Origin: an uncultured Nitrososphaerales archaeon
GTDB lineage: Archaea; Thermoproteota; Nitrososphaeria; Nitrososphaerales; Nitrososphaeraceae
Direction: 5' to 3'
DNA: 19,046 nt
Assembly: GCA_963709405.1 (NCBI GenBank)
Contig: CAVPXM010000082.1
Location: forward strand, 1 to 19,046
The notes beneath the pieces are model-generated. The model did not search any database. It was not told the origin of the DNA and saw nothing but the letters and a program-made list of their open reading frames with translations. A program made the position numbers and the translations under genes. Positions within the stretch are counted from its first letter, which is position 1; every line of letters begins with the position of its first letter. Positions 18,230-19,046 of the stretch are shown in pieces.

Positions 18230-18510
18230 TGAGGCAAAGAAGGAGAATTTAATTAGAATTATGCAAGACTATGATAATCAGGTAAAAGCATTAGGTAAAT
18301 CCTTTGACAATTATTGTTGGCGATAAAGATGATTAAATTGATGAATATAGACAGAGAATTATAGAATTAAATGAACAACGTAGAGATTTATAGGAAGTTG
18401 TTAGAAAACATGAAAATCAACCATTTGTTAAGATTGCAGCTCGCAAGGAGATTCATGCTCTAACAAAATTGATCACAAAAATTCGATGTATGCCTGGTGC
18501 CATTCAATAG
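18230..18510 (+). pseudogene. Degraded helical hypothetical protein
   Basis: Protein-like frame IDEYRQRIIELNEQRRDL*EVVRKHENQPFVKIAARKEIHALTKLI is interrupted by stops. Confidence 0.3.
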
Positions 18511-18556
18511 AATATACCTAAGTTATAATTCACTGATATATTATTAGGTTCAATAC

Positions 18557-18862
18557 TTAGCCAGGAAAAATGTGATCTAATATTACTGTTTTCATAACTA
18601 TGTCCCAAGGAGTCACTATAGAATAATCACCACCATACTCTTTACCTTCCAAAATCAAACAAGGGTTGCGTATATCCATTAAAAGTTCTGCTGCCTTACT
18701 TGTCGTAGTATCATATTTTACCTTCTTTATAGATAGTATATCCAAGTGATTGATTATGTCAATCTCTGCTAAACCATCAATACCATTTGCATGCATGATA
18801 TTTCTTCCATTATGACTTAATAGAAATTCTAGTATTTTTCTATCATTTATAATGCGAAGTAG
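18557..18862 (-). pseudogene. CBS-domain protein C-terminal fragment
   Basis: LLRIINDRKILEFLL...KVKYDTTTSKAAELLMDIRNPCLIL...SIVTPWDIVMK is the end of one CBS motif plus a final CBS motif. The frame is closed by stops upstream of about 18880. Confidence 0.7.
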
Positions 18863-19046
18863 TTTACTTTTTCTATGTGGTTATTATGATTGTTGGTTTT
18901 ACTGCTATCCTCTTTATTATCCCCTCTGACCCAAACTGGGACTTTAGGCGCGAGTGCCATGCCATGATTTAGTCACTAAATTTAGTTTTCCTAATTCGCC
19001 TTTTTTCCTTTTCGGGTTGATAGGTACCATTGTGTCAGCGGATAGT

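Overview
AT-rich, gene-poor window. By my recognition of the protein families (not a database search) it most resembles a soil ammonia-oxidising archaeon (Nitrososphaeraceae, e.g. Nitrosocosmicus-like). A few genes look intact: a pyridoxamine-5'-phosphate-oxidase-like flavin/F420-binding protein, a UspA protein, a SHOCT protein, a SnoaL-like ester cyclase, small Zn-binding proteins and small secreted Ser-rich proteins. They sit among many decayed fragments: a tyrosine integrase, IS5 and IS481-like ends, two probable primase/replication-protein pieces, an HTH pseudogene, two alpha/beta-hydrolase pieces, a Zn-ADH half gene, a CBS fragment, a BNR-like repeat fragment, a frameshifted NHL propeller and the N-terminus of a SIR2-like protein. 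I found no rRNA, tRNA or CRISPR array, and no intact multi-gene novel system. The best leads are a translationally coupled array of paralogous Zn-finger micro-ORFs (1693-2371) that the ORF track mostly misses, the hidden SIR2-like remnant next to it, and the scattered pieces of an integrative element.
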